64,000 nt of DNA from an uncultured bacterium (GTDB taxonomy: Bacteria; Chloroflexota; UBA5177; JANWHV01). A model generated the notes under the pieces. It searched no databases, had not been told where the DNA came from, and saw nothing but the letters and a program-made list of their open reading frames with translations. The translations under genes and the position numbers were made by a program. Shown piece by piece: positions 1 through 10,522 of the stretch (position 1 is the stretch's first letter; each line of letters opens with the position of its first letter). The DNA lies in the NCBI GenBank assembly GCA_963729625.1, contig CAVSOU010000007.1:384001-448000 (forward strand). Reading direction: 5' to 3'.

Positions 1-573
1 GAAATCGCCCTGGCGGTAGTCGGCGCGGCTATCGATTCCCTGCTGCGTCAGTATCGAGAAGTTGCCGTAGAAGGATGAGCCGTTGTCCGAACCGCCATTG
101 ATCTGGCTGTACAGGTATTCCGGTTCGAAGCCGACCGGTGACACCTGTGGGAACGTACCGCTCTTTCTTGCGTACCAGCCACGCAAGTAGTAACCGGTGG
201 CCCACGACGCGCAGGAACCAACCTGGCCCTGGTTGCCCACGGGCGGCGCGTATTGGGAAAGGTCCACGCTGGCAGGTAGATTGACGGACGCGCCGACGGA
301 CATACCTGCGCTGTATTGCCGCTTCGGACCCGTGGCCCTCTGCAGGCCGTTTGCGTTGAAATGGCCAGGGCCAAGGGCTTGGCCGGTCACCGCCGGAAGG
401 TACTGGATTGCCGCCGGAAGCGTTCCGCCTGCCGCGGCACGTACCGTGCGTACCGGGGCGCTCCAGGCACCGGATACGACGAGGAGTCCGCACAGCGCCA
501 CGGCCGCCGCAGCGTTCCGGCCCAACCCGCACCAGGATCTTCCACCAGTAGCATGTACGTCGCGTGCGGCCAT
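1..573 (-). CDS. Secreted papain-like C1A cysteine peptidase (partial, runs off the left edge)
   Basis: Hand translation from ATG 573 (RBS GAGGAGG): hydrophobic signal-like segment, then LPASVDLSQYAPPVGNQGQVGSCASWA, the C1A QGxxGSCxxxA catalytic-Cys motif. Absent from the ORF track because it is truncated by the window edge. Confidence 0.9.
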   Translation of the reverse strand, partial: MAARDVHATGGRSWCGLGRNAAAAVALCGLLVVSGAWSAPVRTVRAAAGGTLPAAIQYLPAVTGQALGPGHFNANGLQRATGPKRQYSAGMSVGASVNLPASVDLSQYAPPVGNQGQVGSCASWATGYYLRGWYARKSGTFPQVSPVGFEPEYLYSQINGGSDNGSSFYGNFSILTQQGIDSRADYRQGDF

Positions 574-642
574 CAGGTTCCCTCCTCGTGCGTCTGGTGC
601 AAATAAGTTCTCTTGGATAGATGCACGTGTGCGTCACTGCGC

Positions 643-696
643 AAAACGTAGAAGGCCGCGTACACTGACCATCGCTGGTTCATGTTCGCGGCCTTT
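643..696 (-). terminator. Intrinsic terminator-like hairpin, probable riboswitch expression platform
   Basis: Stem AAGGCCGCG...CGCGGCCTT (652-660 with 687-695) with internal pairing, followed on the minus strand by CTACGTTTT. Lies between the aptamer and the peptidase RBS. Confidence 0.6.
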
Positions 697-709
697 ACCA
701 CAGTGTTCA

Positions 710-790
710 CCATTTCGGTAGCCGGGCTAACTCGGTGAGTCCCCAGGCTTTGCGTCCCCAGCTCGCGCTGGGTTTGCCATTATCGTTGAT
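710..790 (-). ncRNA. Cyclic di-GMP-I (GEMM) riboswitch
   Basis: Minus strand reads GGCAAACCCAGC-GCGA-GCTGGGGACGCAAAGCCTGGGGACTCACCGAGTTAGCCCGGCTACCGAA. This has GGCAAA, a GNRA-capped P2, GACGCAAAGC and a terminal TACCGAA, matching the c-di-GMP-I consensus. Confidence 0.9.
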
Positions 791-946
791 TTCGCGATAT
801 TCACTTGTATACAGGGGCTCCTATCAAGATTGCCCCCGACGTCACACTAGCCTATTTCTCCCTCATGTGCACTACTCGATCGGGCACCTTCCTCCAGGAA
901 ACCGAGTTTCCCGTGCTCTTGCGTGCCGGGAAGCGCCACGCACACT

Positions 947-3376
947 CTAGCTCCAGGTCCAGTTCCTGATTTCCGGCAGATCCTCCATATGTTCTCGCGA
1001 GTACGCTACCGACTTGTTGATCTGGGACTGCAATTCCGTGAGCAGGCCGGATGCCTGAGGCCGGAGGCGGCTTGCGCGCTTGAGCGACTCCATCGCCAGG
1101 TGGAACCGGCTCATGTGATTGAGGATCACCATGTCGAACGGCGTGGTGGTCGTGCCCTGCTCATTGAAGCCCCGAACGTGAAATCGCTCTGCATTCACGC
1201 GGCCGTGAACGATTTCGTGTACGGCGCGCTGGTACCCGTGGAATGCGAAGATTACGGGCTTGTCAGCGGTAAAGAGGTCCACGAACGCGGTCTCCGTCAT
1301 TCCGTGCGGATGGTCGTTCTGCGGAAAAAGGCACATCAGATCGACGACATTCACGACGCGAACCTTGAGCTCCGGAATATGGTCGCGTAGCCAGTGCGCC
1401 GCTGCCAGCGTCTCCTGAGTCGGGATGTCGCCTGCGGCCGCGAGCACGACGTCGGGCTCGACGCCGTGGTCGTTGCCGGCCCAATGCCAGATCGACGCGC
1501 CACGGCGGCAGTGCTCGATTGCATCTTCGATGTTCAAGTATTGCAGCTGCGGCTGCTTGTCGATGACGATGAGATTGACGTAGTTGCGGCTTCGCAGGCA
1601 GTGATCCGCCACGGACAGGAGGCAGTTTGCGTCCGGCGGGAGGTAGATGCGCGTCACGGTACCCTTCTTGGACAGCATGACGTCGATCAGGCCCGGGCCC
1701 TGGTGGCTGAAGCCGTTGTGATCGTTGCGCCAGCACGTCGACGTGAGAAGCGTGTTGAGAGAGGCGATCGGCTCGCGCCAGGGCAGCTCCATCGCCTCCT
1801 GCATCCATTTTGAGTGCTGAACGAGCATGGATGCAGATACCATGGCAAACGATTCGTACGTTGCAAACACCCCATGTCGTCCGGTCAACGTGTAACCCTC
1901 GAGCCAGCCCTCGCAGTTGTGCTCGCTCAATACCTCCATCACGCGTCCGTCAGGAGACACGTGATCGTCGATGGAGACTGTGGGGCCGACAAAGCACCGA
2001 TTCTCGACCTCGAACACGCTTCCAAGGCGGTTGGAATTGGTCTCATCCGGACAGAACAGCCTGAAGTTGGCCTGCTCCTTGTTCCGGACATAGATGTCGC
2101 GTAACAGCTGGCCAAACTGTCTGGGTGACTCGTGGAACGTCGCGCCCGGCCGCTTGATCTCCAGAGCGTATTCCTTGAAGTCCGGAATGTCCAGGTTGAC
2201 CAACAGTTTGCCGCCGTTGGCGTGCGGGTTAGCGCCCATGCGGAGATCGCCCTTGGGCGAGAGCTCGGCCAGCTCGGGAGTCAACCGTCCATTCCGGTCG
2301 AACAACTCATCCGGTTTGTATGACGTGAGCCACTCTTCAAGAAGCCTCAGGTGCTCTGGATTTGTCCGAACCTCGCTCAACGGCACCTGGTGCGACCTGA
2401 ACGTACCTTCGGTAGGCAATCCGTCGACGGACTTTGGGCCGGTCCAGCCCTTCGGCGTGCGAAGCACGATTGCCGGCCAGCGCGGCCGGGATGTGAAGCC
2501 GTTCAACCGTGCAGCTTGCTGAATCGCGCGAATCTCCGCGTAGCAGGCATCCAGAGTCGCCGCGAACAGCTGGTGCGCTTCAGCCGGATCGGCGCTCTCG
2601 ACGAAATGCACGTCGTAGCCGTGACCGCCGATGATAGACCGAATATCCTCGTCGCTTGACCGTCCAAGCACGGTCGGACCGCCGATCTTGTACCCGTTGA
2701 GGTGCAGAACGGGCAGCACCGCGCCGTCTCGAACCGGGTTGATGAAGCTTGGGCCCTTCCAACCGCCCGCGAGTGGGCCGGTTTCGGCCTCGCCGTCGCC
2801 GACGACCGCGATCGCGATCAGATCCGGGTTGTCGAACACCGACCCAAACGCATGCATCAGTACGTAGCCCAGCTCGCCACCCTCGTGGATTGAGCCGGGC
2901 GTGGTGACGCTTACATGGCTCGGGATGCCGCCCGGCGTGGAAAACTGCCGGAAGAGGTGGCGCATACCTTCTACGTCCTCAGACACCTGCGGATAGATCT
3001 CCGAGTAGGTTCCCTCGAGGTAGACGGCCGCGACCAGCGCAGGACCTCCGTGACCGGGGCCTGCCAGGTAAATGCAGTTGGCCCCCTGCTCGCTGATCAG
3101 CCGGTTGACATGCACGTAGATGAACGAGAGGCCTGGTGATGTGCCCCAATGCCCAAGCAGCCGGGGCTTGATATGTTCGGGTCGCAACGGATACCGCAGC
3201 AGTGGATTGTCCTGGAGGTAGATCTGGCCTACGGTCAGGTAGTTGATCGCCTGCCAATAACGATGCATTCGCTGCAACAGGTCTTCGGACAATGGTCCCG
3301 CGACGGGTTCGCGAGGAACCGGGATAGCCGTCTCGCCCTCAACCGTGGTCGACAGGGCAACGTCAAATTCATACAC
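947..3376 (-). CDS. xfp: Xylulose-5-P/fructose-6-P phosphoketolase
   Basis: 809 aa; KPRLLGHWGT, GSIHEGGELGY, GDGEAETGPL (ThPP motif), DHNGFSHQ. Confidence 0.97.
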   Translation of the reverse strand: MYEFDVALSTTVEGETAIPVPREPVAGPLSEDLLQRMHRYWQAINYLTVGQIYLQDNPLLRYPLRPEHIKPRLLGHWGTSPGLSFIYVHVNRLISEQGANCIYLAGPGHGGPALVAAVYLEGTYSEIYPQVSEDVEGMRHLFRQFSTPGGIPSHVSVTTPGSIHEGGELGYVLMHAFGSVFDNPDLIAIAVVGDGEAETGPLAGGWKGPSFINPVRDGAVLPVLHLNGYKIGGPTVLGRSSDEDIRSIIGGHGYDVHFVESADPAEAHQLFAATLDACYAEIRAIQQAARLNGFTSRPRWPAIVLRTPKGWTGPKSVDGLPTEGTFRSHQVPLSEVRTNPEHLRLLEEWLTSYKPDELFDRNGRLTPELAELSPKGDLRMGANPHANGGKLLVNLDIPDFKEYALEIKRPGATFHESPRQFGQLLRDIYVRNKEQANFRLFCPDETNSNRLGSVFEVENRCFVGPTVSIDDHVSPDGRVMEVLSEHNCEGWLEGYTLTGRHGVFATYESFAMVSASMLVQHSKWMQEAMELPWREPIASLNTLLTSTCWRNDHNGFSHQGPGLIDVMLSKKGTVTRIYLPPDANCLLSVADHCLRSRNYVNLIVIDKQPQLQYLNIEDAIEHCRRGASIWHWAGNDHGVEPDVVLAAAGDIPTQETLAAAHWLRDHIPELKVRVVNVVDLMCLFPQNDHPHGMTETAFVDLFTADKPVIFAFHGYQRAVHEIVHGRVNAERFHVRGFNEQGTTTTPFDMVILNHMSRFHLAMESLKRASRLRPQASGLLTELQSQINKSVAYSREHMEDLPEIRNWTWS

Positions 3377-3706
3377 AGCCTTCTCCTGTCAATGGGGCAG
3401 TCAAACCCACTTCAATAGCTTTGGTGCTCCCGAGGCCCGTCAAGGCGGCGGCGGACGCAGTCCAAACGGAGCGCTCCCCACTCCCTGCTCTGTTCCACCT
3501 CCCACATAGCGGCTCGTCATCACGAGGGGCACCAGACGTATGGTATCAGCCCGAGTGCATGGACCTTCAAGGGTAGGGCTCGCCCTCCGGCCGCGGCCGG
3601 CGTTCAAGCATGCACCGGTGCACGGAGCGCCGCACACCTCGCGAGGCTTCACCGCCGCGCAGCCGGCGTCATGCGGACTGCCGGCACTGTGCGACGCCCG
3701 GCACGT

Positions 3707-5953
3707 TCAGGTCTGGCGACCGCGCTGCTGCCACCAGGCATCGAAGTCGATGGCATCCTGCGCCGGCGTTCGGCCTGACGCTCCTCGCCTAACGTGGTCG
3801 CCGCCGGGCCGCACCGCGTGCTCTTCGGAGATCTGGTTGCAAAGCAGCACCACGACACTATGCGCCCGGACGAGGTACGAAAGCTCCTCGAAGGGCTCCT
3901 CGTGGCCCGCCTCCAGGATGTCGTTCGGCGAGGGTCGGGATGTGTCCAACACGATGTACCATCGGCGCGCACCGTCGAGTGGTGAGGGCAGCTCAAAGTT
4001 CGCGTCGACCGCGGCCATGTTGAGCATCACGTGCAGCGCGGGATCGCTCAGCGACTCGGTGAGAGTGAAGGCCAGATAACGGCTTTCGGAATCGCTCCAC
4101 GCCGGATCATGCAGGTAGCGACCGTGCCAGGAGATGTCTCTCAGACCATGCAGGCCCACCTCTCCCGTGAAGAAGCGCCCGCGCAGCAGGCTGGGATTAA
4201 GCTTGCGGAAGGCGATCGCAAGCTTGACGAAGCGATACATATCCCGGTTCTGCTCAAGCTGCCCCCAGTCGAACCAGCCAATCTCGTTGTCCTGGCAGTA
4301 GGCGTTGTTGTTACCGCCTTGTGAACGTCGGACCTCGTCGCCTGCAAGGAGCATCGGCACTCCCTGAGACAACAGCAAAAGCGCGATGAAGTTCTTCATC
4401 TGCTGCGTGCGTAGCGTGAGTATCTCGGTCTCACGGGTGGGACCTTCAAACCCGCAATTCCAGCTCATGTTGTCATTAGCGCCATCCCGGTTGTCCTCGC
4501 CGTTCGCAATGTTATGCTTCTCGTCATAGGAGACCAGGTCGTACAGGGTAAACCCGTCATGGCATGTGATGAAGTTGACGCTATTGATCGGTACGGATCC
4601 CGCACGACTGAACACGTCGGCGCTGCCGCAAATGCGCGAAGCTAGCGAGCCGATCATGCCCGGATCTCCGCGCACAAACCGGCGGACGTCGTCCCGAAAG
4701 TGGCCGTTCCATACCGCCCAGCGATGGCCGGGAAAGCGCCCAACCTCATAGAGACCGGCTGCGTCCCATGCCTCCGCGATTACCTTGGTGTTCGCAAGCA
4801 CCTCGGACAGTTCGATAGCCCAGATCACCGGTGGATGCACCAGCGGGACGCCGTCCTCGCCACGCGACATGATGGAAGCTTCGTCGAAGCGGAAGCCATC
4901 GACGTGCATCTCGCGCACCCAGAACTCCAACGAGTCAAGAATCAGCTTCATGACGATCGGGTGGTTGCAGTTGACTGTGTTGCCACAACCCGAGAAGTCG
5001 AGATATAACTCCTTGTTCTCCGGCCTGAGCATGTAGTACGACGCATTGTCCAGCCCTCGGAAGCTGATGATCGGGCCCTTCTCGTTTCCTTCTCCGGTGT
5101 GGTTGAACACAACGTCCAGAATGACCTCAATACCTGCTCGATGCAGCGACTTGACCATTTCTCTGAACTCGCGGATGTGATCGGTATAGCTCGGCGAGAC
5201 ACAGTAGCCGGGATGCGGGCAGAAGAATCCAATAGTGCTGTAGCCCCAGTAGTTTGAGAGGCGCTGGTTGGTAAGCGGATTGACCCGCGAGTCTTCGTTT
5301 GGGTCGAATTGGAAGGTGGGCAGCAACTCGACCGCGGTCACCCCCAGGTCCTGCAGATATGGGATCTTTTCAGTAACGCCAAGGAACGTGCCAGGGTGTT
5401 TAGCGGCGGCCGAAGGAGATCTCGTGAATCCGCCTACGTGCATTTCGTAGATAATGCTCTTGTTCATGGGATGGTTCAGCGGAGCATCGCCTTCCCAGTC
5501 GTAGCCGCTGGTATCAACCACAACGCTTCTGATGCAAGTTGCCGCGTTGTACGGCGGCATCGTCGCGGCAACCCGATCCCAGTGGCCCATATCGTTTGCC
5601 CGCGCATAGGGATCGGCCAAACCCTTGTTCCAGTCGTATCGGTTTCCCTGGCCGTGAAGATCTCGCGGGCCATGAACGCGAAAGGCATACTCCGCCCCGG
5701 GTCGCAAGTCCTTCACATAGATGTGCCAGAACAGAAATGTGCGATTCTCGACTGGATCGAGCTGAATCTGCCGTATCGACTCCGTGTCGCCTGACCGCTC
5801 ATAGAGGAGTAGCGCCACTGCCGTTGCCGACCCGCAGTAAATACAGAAATTCACCCCATTCCCGTCGTACACCGCGCCAAGGGGATGGGGCGAGCCGGGA
5901 GACAACGCCAAGGCAGATGGGAGCGGTTCCGGAACTGCCACAGGGTCCGCCAT
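3707..5953 (-). CDS. glgX: Glycogen debranching enzyme (isoamylase, GH13)
   Basis: HPLGA, NYWGY, DVVFNHT, DGFRFD, AEAWD, HDGFTL, QGGNNNAYCQDN. Start placed at ATG 5953 (MADPVAV). Confidence 0.95.
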   Translation of the reverse strand: MADPVAVPEPLPSALALSPGSPHPLGAVYDGNGVNFCIYCGSATAVALLLYERSGDTESIRQIQLDPVENRTFLFWHIYVKDLRPGAEYAFRVHGPRDLHGQGNRYDWNKGLADPYARANDMGHWDRVAATMPPYNAATCIRSVVVDTSGYDWEGDAPLNHPMNKSIIYEMHVGGFTRSPSAAAKHPGTFLGVTEKIPYLQDLGVTAVELLPTFQFDPNEDSRVNPLTNQRLSNYWGYSTIGFFCPHPGYCVSPSYTDHIREFREMVKSLHRAGIEVILDVVFNHTGEGNEKGPIISFRGLDNASYYMLRPENKELYLDFSGCGNTVNCNHPIVMKLILDSLEFWVREMHVDGFRFDEASIMSRGEDGVPLVHPPVIWAIELSEVLANTKVIAEAWDAAGLYEVGRFPGHRWAVWNGHFRDDVRRFVRGDPGMIGSLASRICGSADVFSRAGSVPINSVNFITCHDGFTLYDLVSYDEKHNIANGEDNRDGANDNMSWNCGFEGPTRETEILTLRTQQMKNFIALLLLSQGVPMLLAGDEVRRSQGGNNNAYCQDNEIGWFDWGQLEQNRDMYRFVKLAIAFRKLNPSLLRGRFFTGEVGLHGLRDISWHGRYLHDPAWSDSESRYLAFTLTESLSDPALHVMLNMAAVDANFELPSPLDGARRWYIVLDTSRPSPNDILEAGHEEPFEELSYLVRAHSVVVLLCNQISEEHAVRPGGDHVRRGASGRTPAQDAIDFDAWWQQRGRQT

Positions 5954-6276
5954 GCGTTCGTCCTGCTTTCTTGCGCGCGAACTGTCTTTCGTCGCGCCTC
6001 GGTCACGGCGACGAGCTGGGGCGTCCGCCCATCGCACCGCACATGCCTAGGCCGTCAACGCTTGTCCAGTACGGCACCTGTATTCAGGGTAGCTACGCCG
6101 GCGCAGAGCGCCGAAAGTTTGTGGACACGACACCCGTCGTAGGCGAGGGATTCTGCGCCGTGCAGTCGCAAACAGCCGCCCGCCACGCCTCTCTCATGAC
6201 GGCCACGAGAGCGCAGCCCAGCCAGGCCATGGCCTGGCTGGGCTGCCACACCGTCGCACCGGGAGTTCTCGAACGT

Positions 6277-7671
6277 CTAGATCTCCTTGAGCGCGCCGAT
6301 AATCTTCAGAATGGAGGCACGAGCGTCGCCGAACAGCATCATGCTCTTTGGGTTGTAGAACAGCGGATTGTCGATGCCCGCGAAACCTGGATTCATGCTG
6401 CGTTTCAGCACGATAATCGACCGAGCATGATCGACGTTCAAGATCGGCATGCCGTAAATCTCGCTCGTCGGATCGTTGCGAGCGGCGGGGTTGGTGACAT
6501 CGTTCGCTCCCACCACCAGCGCGACGTCGGCATGTTCAAACTCGCCGTTAATCGCGTCCATCTCATAGAGCTGCGAATACGGCACGTTTGCTTCCGCAAG
6601 GAGCACGTTCATGTGGCCAGGCATGCGGCCGGCTACCGGGTGAATAGCGAACTTCACCGTGACGCCCCGCTGCTCGAGCATGGTGGCCATCTCGCGCACC
6701 TCCTGTTGGGCACGCGCAACGGCCAAACCGTATCCGGGGACGACGATCACCAGGTGCGCATAGGCGAGCGACGCGGCGAGGTCATCTGCCGTGATGCTCT
6801 TGACGACCTTCGCCTGGCCCGCAGCGCCCGCACCCGGGCCGGTCGCCAAGGTCCCGAAAGCGCCAAACACCACATTGAATAGCGACCGGTTCATGGCCCT
6901 GCACATCAAGATTGTGAGGATCGTACCCGACGCGCCGACAAGCGTGCCTCCAACGATCAGGGCCGGAATGTCCCGGTCAAATCCGGTGGCTGCGGCGGCA
7001 ATGCCGGTAAACGAGTTGAGCAGTGAAATGACGACCGGCATGTCACCACCGCCGATCGGTATCACCATCAGCACACCAAGAACGAGCGCGCCGATGGCGA
7101 TGAACGCCAGCACCGGGCCTAAAGCATGGTGGAAGATGAAGAAGAGCGAGGCAAGCACCAGCACTGCAAGGATTGCGATATTGAAATAGTTCTGGCCTTT
7201 GAACGTGATCGGCCGGCTGCCCATGATTTCCTGCAGCTTGGCGAAGGCAATGAGGCTGCCCGTAAAACTGATGGAGCCGATAATCACGCTGACCGCAGCC
7301 CACGACGTGGCTCCAGTGTCCGCGAGCGTTCCGCTCGTAGGCAGGTGAGGAACGAGCGCCCCTCCGGCCACCAGCGCAGCTGCACCTGCTCCCATGCCGT
7401 TGAAGAGGGCGACCATTTGCGGCATCGCCGTCATGCGAACCAGGCGGCCACCCGCCGTGCCGATAATCGTGCCGACGATTACCGCGGCCACCACCAGCGG
7501 CACATTGTTCGCGTGCTCATTGACCAGCATAGTGACGATAGCAATCAGCATGCCGACCGCGGCAATCGCGTTACCCGAACGCGCCGTCACAGGCGAGCGA
7601 AGTCGCATGATGCCGAAAATGAAGAAGACCGACGTGACCAAGTATGCAATCTGCGTTTGCTGATCAGTCAT
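6277..7671 (-). CDS. pntB: NAD(P) transhydrogenase subunit beta
   Basis: Multiple TM segments; MPQMVALFNG, GGDMPVVISLLNS, IHPVAGRMPGHMNVLLAEA. Start ATG 7671 overlaps the pntA2 stop. Confidence 0.97.
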   Translation of the reverse strand: MTDQQTQIAYLVTSVFFIFGIMRLRSPVTARSGNAIAAVGMLIAIVTMLVNEHANNVPLVVAAVIVGTIIGTAGGRLVRMTAMPQMVALFNGMGAGAAALVAGGALVPHLPTSGTLADTGATSWAAVSVIIGSISFTGSLIAFAKLQEIMGSRPITFKGQNYFNIAILAVLVLASLFFIFHHALGPVLAFIAIGALVLGVLMVIPIGGGDMPVVISLLNSFTGIAAAATGFDRDIPALIVGGTLVGASGTILTILMCRAMNRSLFNVVFGAFGTLATGPGAGAAGQAKVVKSITADDLAASLAYAHLVIVVPGYGLAVARAQQEVREMATMLEQRGVTVKFAIHPVAGRMPGHMNVLLAEANVPYSQLYEMDAINGEFEHADVALVVGANDVTNPAARNDPTSEIYGMPILNVDHARSIIVLKRSMNPGFAGIDNPLFYNPKSMMLFGDARASILKIIGALKEI

Positions 7672-7984
7672 TGGCGGCAGCCTTCTCAGACTCTTGCTTC
7701 CGGTTTGCCGACCCCCGGAACATCTCAAGGATTCGGTCAGTCACCACGAAGCCGCCGACGACGTTGATCGCGCCAAGCGCGACCGCACCAGTGCCAATGG
7801 TCACGCTGATCCATCCGTGCGCCGTCGTGGCGATGTCGATACCGCCGATCAGAATGACGCCGTGAATCGCGTTGGTGCCGGACATCAATGGGGTATGGAG
7901 AATTGATGGCACTTTCGAGATCAGCACGAATCCAATAAACGCGGCAAGCACAAAGATGTACGCATCGAACACAAGACTAGTCAT
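7664..7984 (-). CDS. pntA: NAD(P) transhydrogenase alpha subunit, membrane part (split alpha, part 2)
   Basis: LHTPLMSGTNAIHG, NVVGGFVVTDRILEMF. Confidence 0.95.
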   Translation of the reverse strand: MTSLVFDAYIFVLAAFIGFVLISKVPSILHTPLMSGTNAIHGVILIGGIDIATTAHGWISVTIGTGAVALGAINVVGGFVVTDRILEMFRGSANRKQESEKAAAND

Positions 7985-9179
7985 GGACTGCAACTACTCC
8001 TTCTGCCGCGTTGAGCCGTTCTAGCGTGGCACGGTGCACTATCTTGCCCCCGCAGGCGATGCATGTGGACCGGACGATCTCGTCGTCAAGATCGACCTCA
8101 AGTGCGCCACCGCCTTCTCCGAGCTTGAGTCCATTCGCCAGAAGGTGCTCTACGTACGTGCTGAGATTGCGTCCGAACAACTGGCTTGCATGGATGGACA
8201 TCGACGCCGGCAAGTTGATCGGCGCATCGATTGTGACGCCATGCGCAACGATCTGCATTCCGGGCTCAGTGAGCGCACAGTTCCCACCTGTAATGGCGGA
8301 TAGATCGACTATCACGGAGCCTGGACGCATGCTCGCGACCATCTCCCTCGTGATCAGGATAGGCGCGCGCGCTCCCGGTATCGCCGCCGTGGTGATTACG
8401 ACGTCGGCCGTGCGAACAGGATCGGCAAGCAGTTCTTGTTCCCTTCTGTAGGCAGACTCGTCCAGCTGTCGCGCGTACCCGCCGGCATCCTGGGCGTGCT
8501 CTACCTCCAGCGGCAGGGTGAGGAATGTGGCGCCAAGGCTCTCCACCTGCTCTCGCACCACGGGCCGGGTGTCGAATGCCTGGACGACTGCGCCAAGACG
8601 TCGCGCGGTGGCGATTGCCTGCAGGCCGGCCACGCCCGCGCCGAGTACCAGCACCTTCGCCGGCGTCACGGTTCCGGCAGCGGTCATCAGCAGCGGGAAG
8701 AATTTGGCGAGGTGCGACGCGCCCAACAGGGCCGCGCGATAACCGGCTACGGTTGCCATCGAGGAGAGCACGTCCATGCTTTGCGCGCGTGTGATGCGCG
8801 GCATCGATTCCAGGCTGAAGCACGCAATATTCCGGCTCGCCAGGGCGTTCATGCGACTGGGCGAGGTCAGAGGCTCAAGCAGCGCCACGAGCGCTGATCC
8901 CTCCCGCAGAAGGATTAGCTCGTCAACGCCGTCGACCGGGCTTACGCCTGGTGCTCGCACCTTGAGCACGAGATCGGCCCGCGCGTACAGATCTTTGGCG
9001 TCGGCGGCGATCTGAGCGCCAGCCTGCGTGTATGCGCCGTCGTCGGCATAGGCCCCACTCCCGGCGCCGGATTGGACGAGTAAGGTGTGACCCTTCTTTA
9101 CCAGGTAGCCGACCCGCTCGGGAAGCAGGGCCACCCGACGCTCCTCCGCCAAAATCTCCCTCGGAATCCCGATCACCAT
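7977..9179 (-). CDS. pntA: NAD(P) transhydrogenase alpha subunit, domain I (part 1)
   Basis: ERRVAL, PRITRAQSMDVLSS, GAGVAGLQAIATARRLGA. Start ATG 9179. Confidence 0.96.
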   Translation of the reverse strand: MVIGIPREILAEERRVALLPERVGYLVKKGHTLLVQSGAGSGAYADDGAYTQAGAQIAADAKDLYARADLVLKVRAPGVSPVDGVDELILLREGSALVALLEPLTSPSRMNALASRNIACFSLESMPRITRAQSMDVLSSMATVAGYRAALLGASHLAKFFPLLMTAAGTVTPAKVLVLGAGVAGLQAIATARRLGAVVQAFDTRPVVREQVESLGATFLTLPLEVEHAQDAGGYARQLDESAYRREQELLADPVRTADVVITTAAIPGARAPILITREMVASMRPGSVIVDLSAITGGNCALTEPGMQIVAHGVTIDAPINLPASMSIHASQLFGRNLSTYVEHLLANGLKLGEGGGALEVDLDDEIVRSTCIACGGKIVHRATLERLNAAEGVVAVHD

Positions 9180-9506
9180 GCCGTTTTGCCCCCTCAAGCA
9201 GAATTGTGCAATTGCCGGACAGACCCGTTCCTGCCCCCGAGTACGGGGCCGTGTTCATTTTGCGTGTAACACGGAGGCGGCGGCAAGGGTAAGGTGGCAC
9301 CGCCTCCCCCGCCATCGGTCATATTCGGGGCTGAGAGCCGGGCCGGGCCGAGCTCCTCTTCCAGCCTCGGCGCTGAACAGCACGCATGCGCGGCGACGCG
9401 CGTTCACCCGGAACGCGGCGAGCCGATCGACTGGTTGCGATTCCTGCGAGCGGCGACGCGCCGGTGTGCCGAGGAGCAGCGTGTGCAGCCTTTCGCTAGC
9501 AGACCG

Positions 9507-10508
9507 CTACACCCGAACCGCGAGCATGCGCTCGATGGCCGTCCTCGCGCGATCAGCAATCGACTGCGCCACCTCGACGCGCGCGACCATGTGCCGCAGG
9601 CTATCCCGCAGCTTGGGCAGCGTGATCTGCTTCATGTAGCGGCAGACAGCCTGGTCATCGGCGGGAACGTACGTTTTTCCGGGCGCCTCTTTGGCAAGGC
9701 GATGCAACAGGCCGTTTTCCGTGGCCACGATCATGGTGCTCGCACCCGTGGCCCGCGCGTGCGTGACCATGCCCTCGGTGGAGAGCACGAATGTGCGTTC
9801 GGAGTTGAGCTGACCGCGTTGACTCGCGTAGACGAACCTGCTTGTGCAGCCGCACTCAGGATGGATGAGCATCTCCGCGCCCGGATGCGCTTCCAGCCGC
9901 CGGCGCATCTCGGCCGTACGGATGCCGGCATGCACGTGACACTCTCCAGGCCAGATGAGCATGTTCGACCGCCCAGTACGCTCCTTTAGCCAGCTGCCGA
10001 GATAGAGGTCCGGCAGAAAGAGAATCTGGCTCTCCTCGGGAATCGAGCGGATCACTGCCTCCGCGTTGCCGCTGGTAACGCAGTAATCCGATTCCGCTTT
10101 GATTGCCGCCGTCGTGTTGACGTAGCTCACCACCGTGCCGTGCGGGTGCTCTGCCTTCCATTGCCTCAGTTGCTGCAGTGTGATCGAATCCGCCAACGAG
10201 CAGCCGGCGGAAGGATCCGGTATCAGAACGGTTCGCCCCATGTTCAGGATCTTGGCTGTCTCCGCCATGAAGTAGACGCCGCACATCACGATCACTGGTT
10301 TCGGCGTACGCGAGGCCTCGATAGCCAGCCCGAGCGAATCGCCCACGAAGTCCGCCACATCCTGAACTTCCGGCACCTGGTAGTTGTGCGCCAGGATCAC
10401 GGCATCACGCGCGCGCGCCAACCTCCGCACCTCCGCCTGCAGCGCCGCGACATCAGTCGTCACGTCAGACGCAACCTCGACCAACTCATCTGTTGCAATA
10501 GCAGCCAT
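9507..10508 (-). CDS. nadA: Quinolinate synthase
   Basis: ILAHNYQ, GDSL, CGVYFMAE, AGCSLA, GECHVH, HPEC. Confidence 0.97.
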   Translation of the reverse strand: MAAIATDELVEVASDVTTDVAALQAEVRRLARARDAVILAHNYQVPEVQDVADFVGDSLGLAIEASRTPKPVIVMCGVYFMAETAKILNMGRTVLIPDPSAGCSLADSITLQQLRQWKAEHPHGTVVSYVNTTAAIKAESDYCVTSGNAEAVIRSIPEESQILFLPDLYLGSWLKERTGRSNMLIWPGECHVHAGIRTAEMRRRLEAHPGAEMLIHPECGCTSRFVYASQRGQLNSERTFVLSTEGMVTHARATGASTMIVATENGLLHRLAKEAPGKTYVPADDQAVCRYMKQITLPKLRDSLRHMVARVEVAQSIADRARTAIERMLAVRV

Positions 10509-10522
10509 CTTGCCGCTCCTCT

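Noticed and set aside
9200-9275. Possible Rex box (TTGTGCA...) upstream of pntA
   Set aside because: The second half-site does not match TTCACAA; only a weak hairpin is present.
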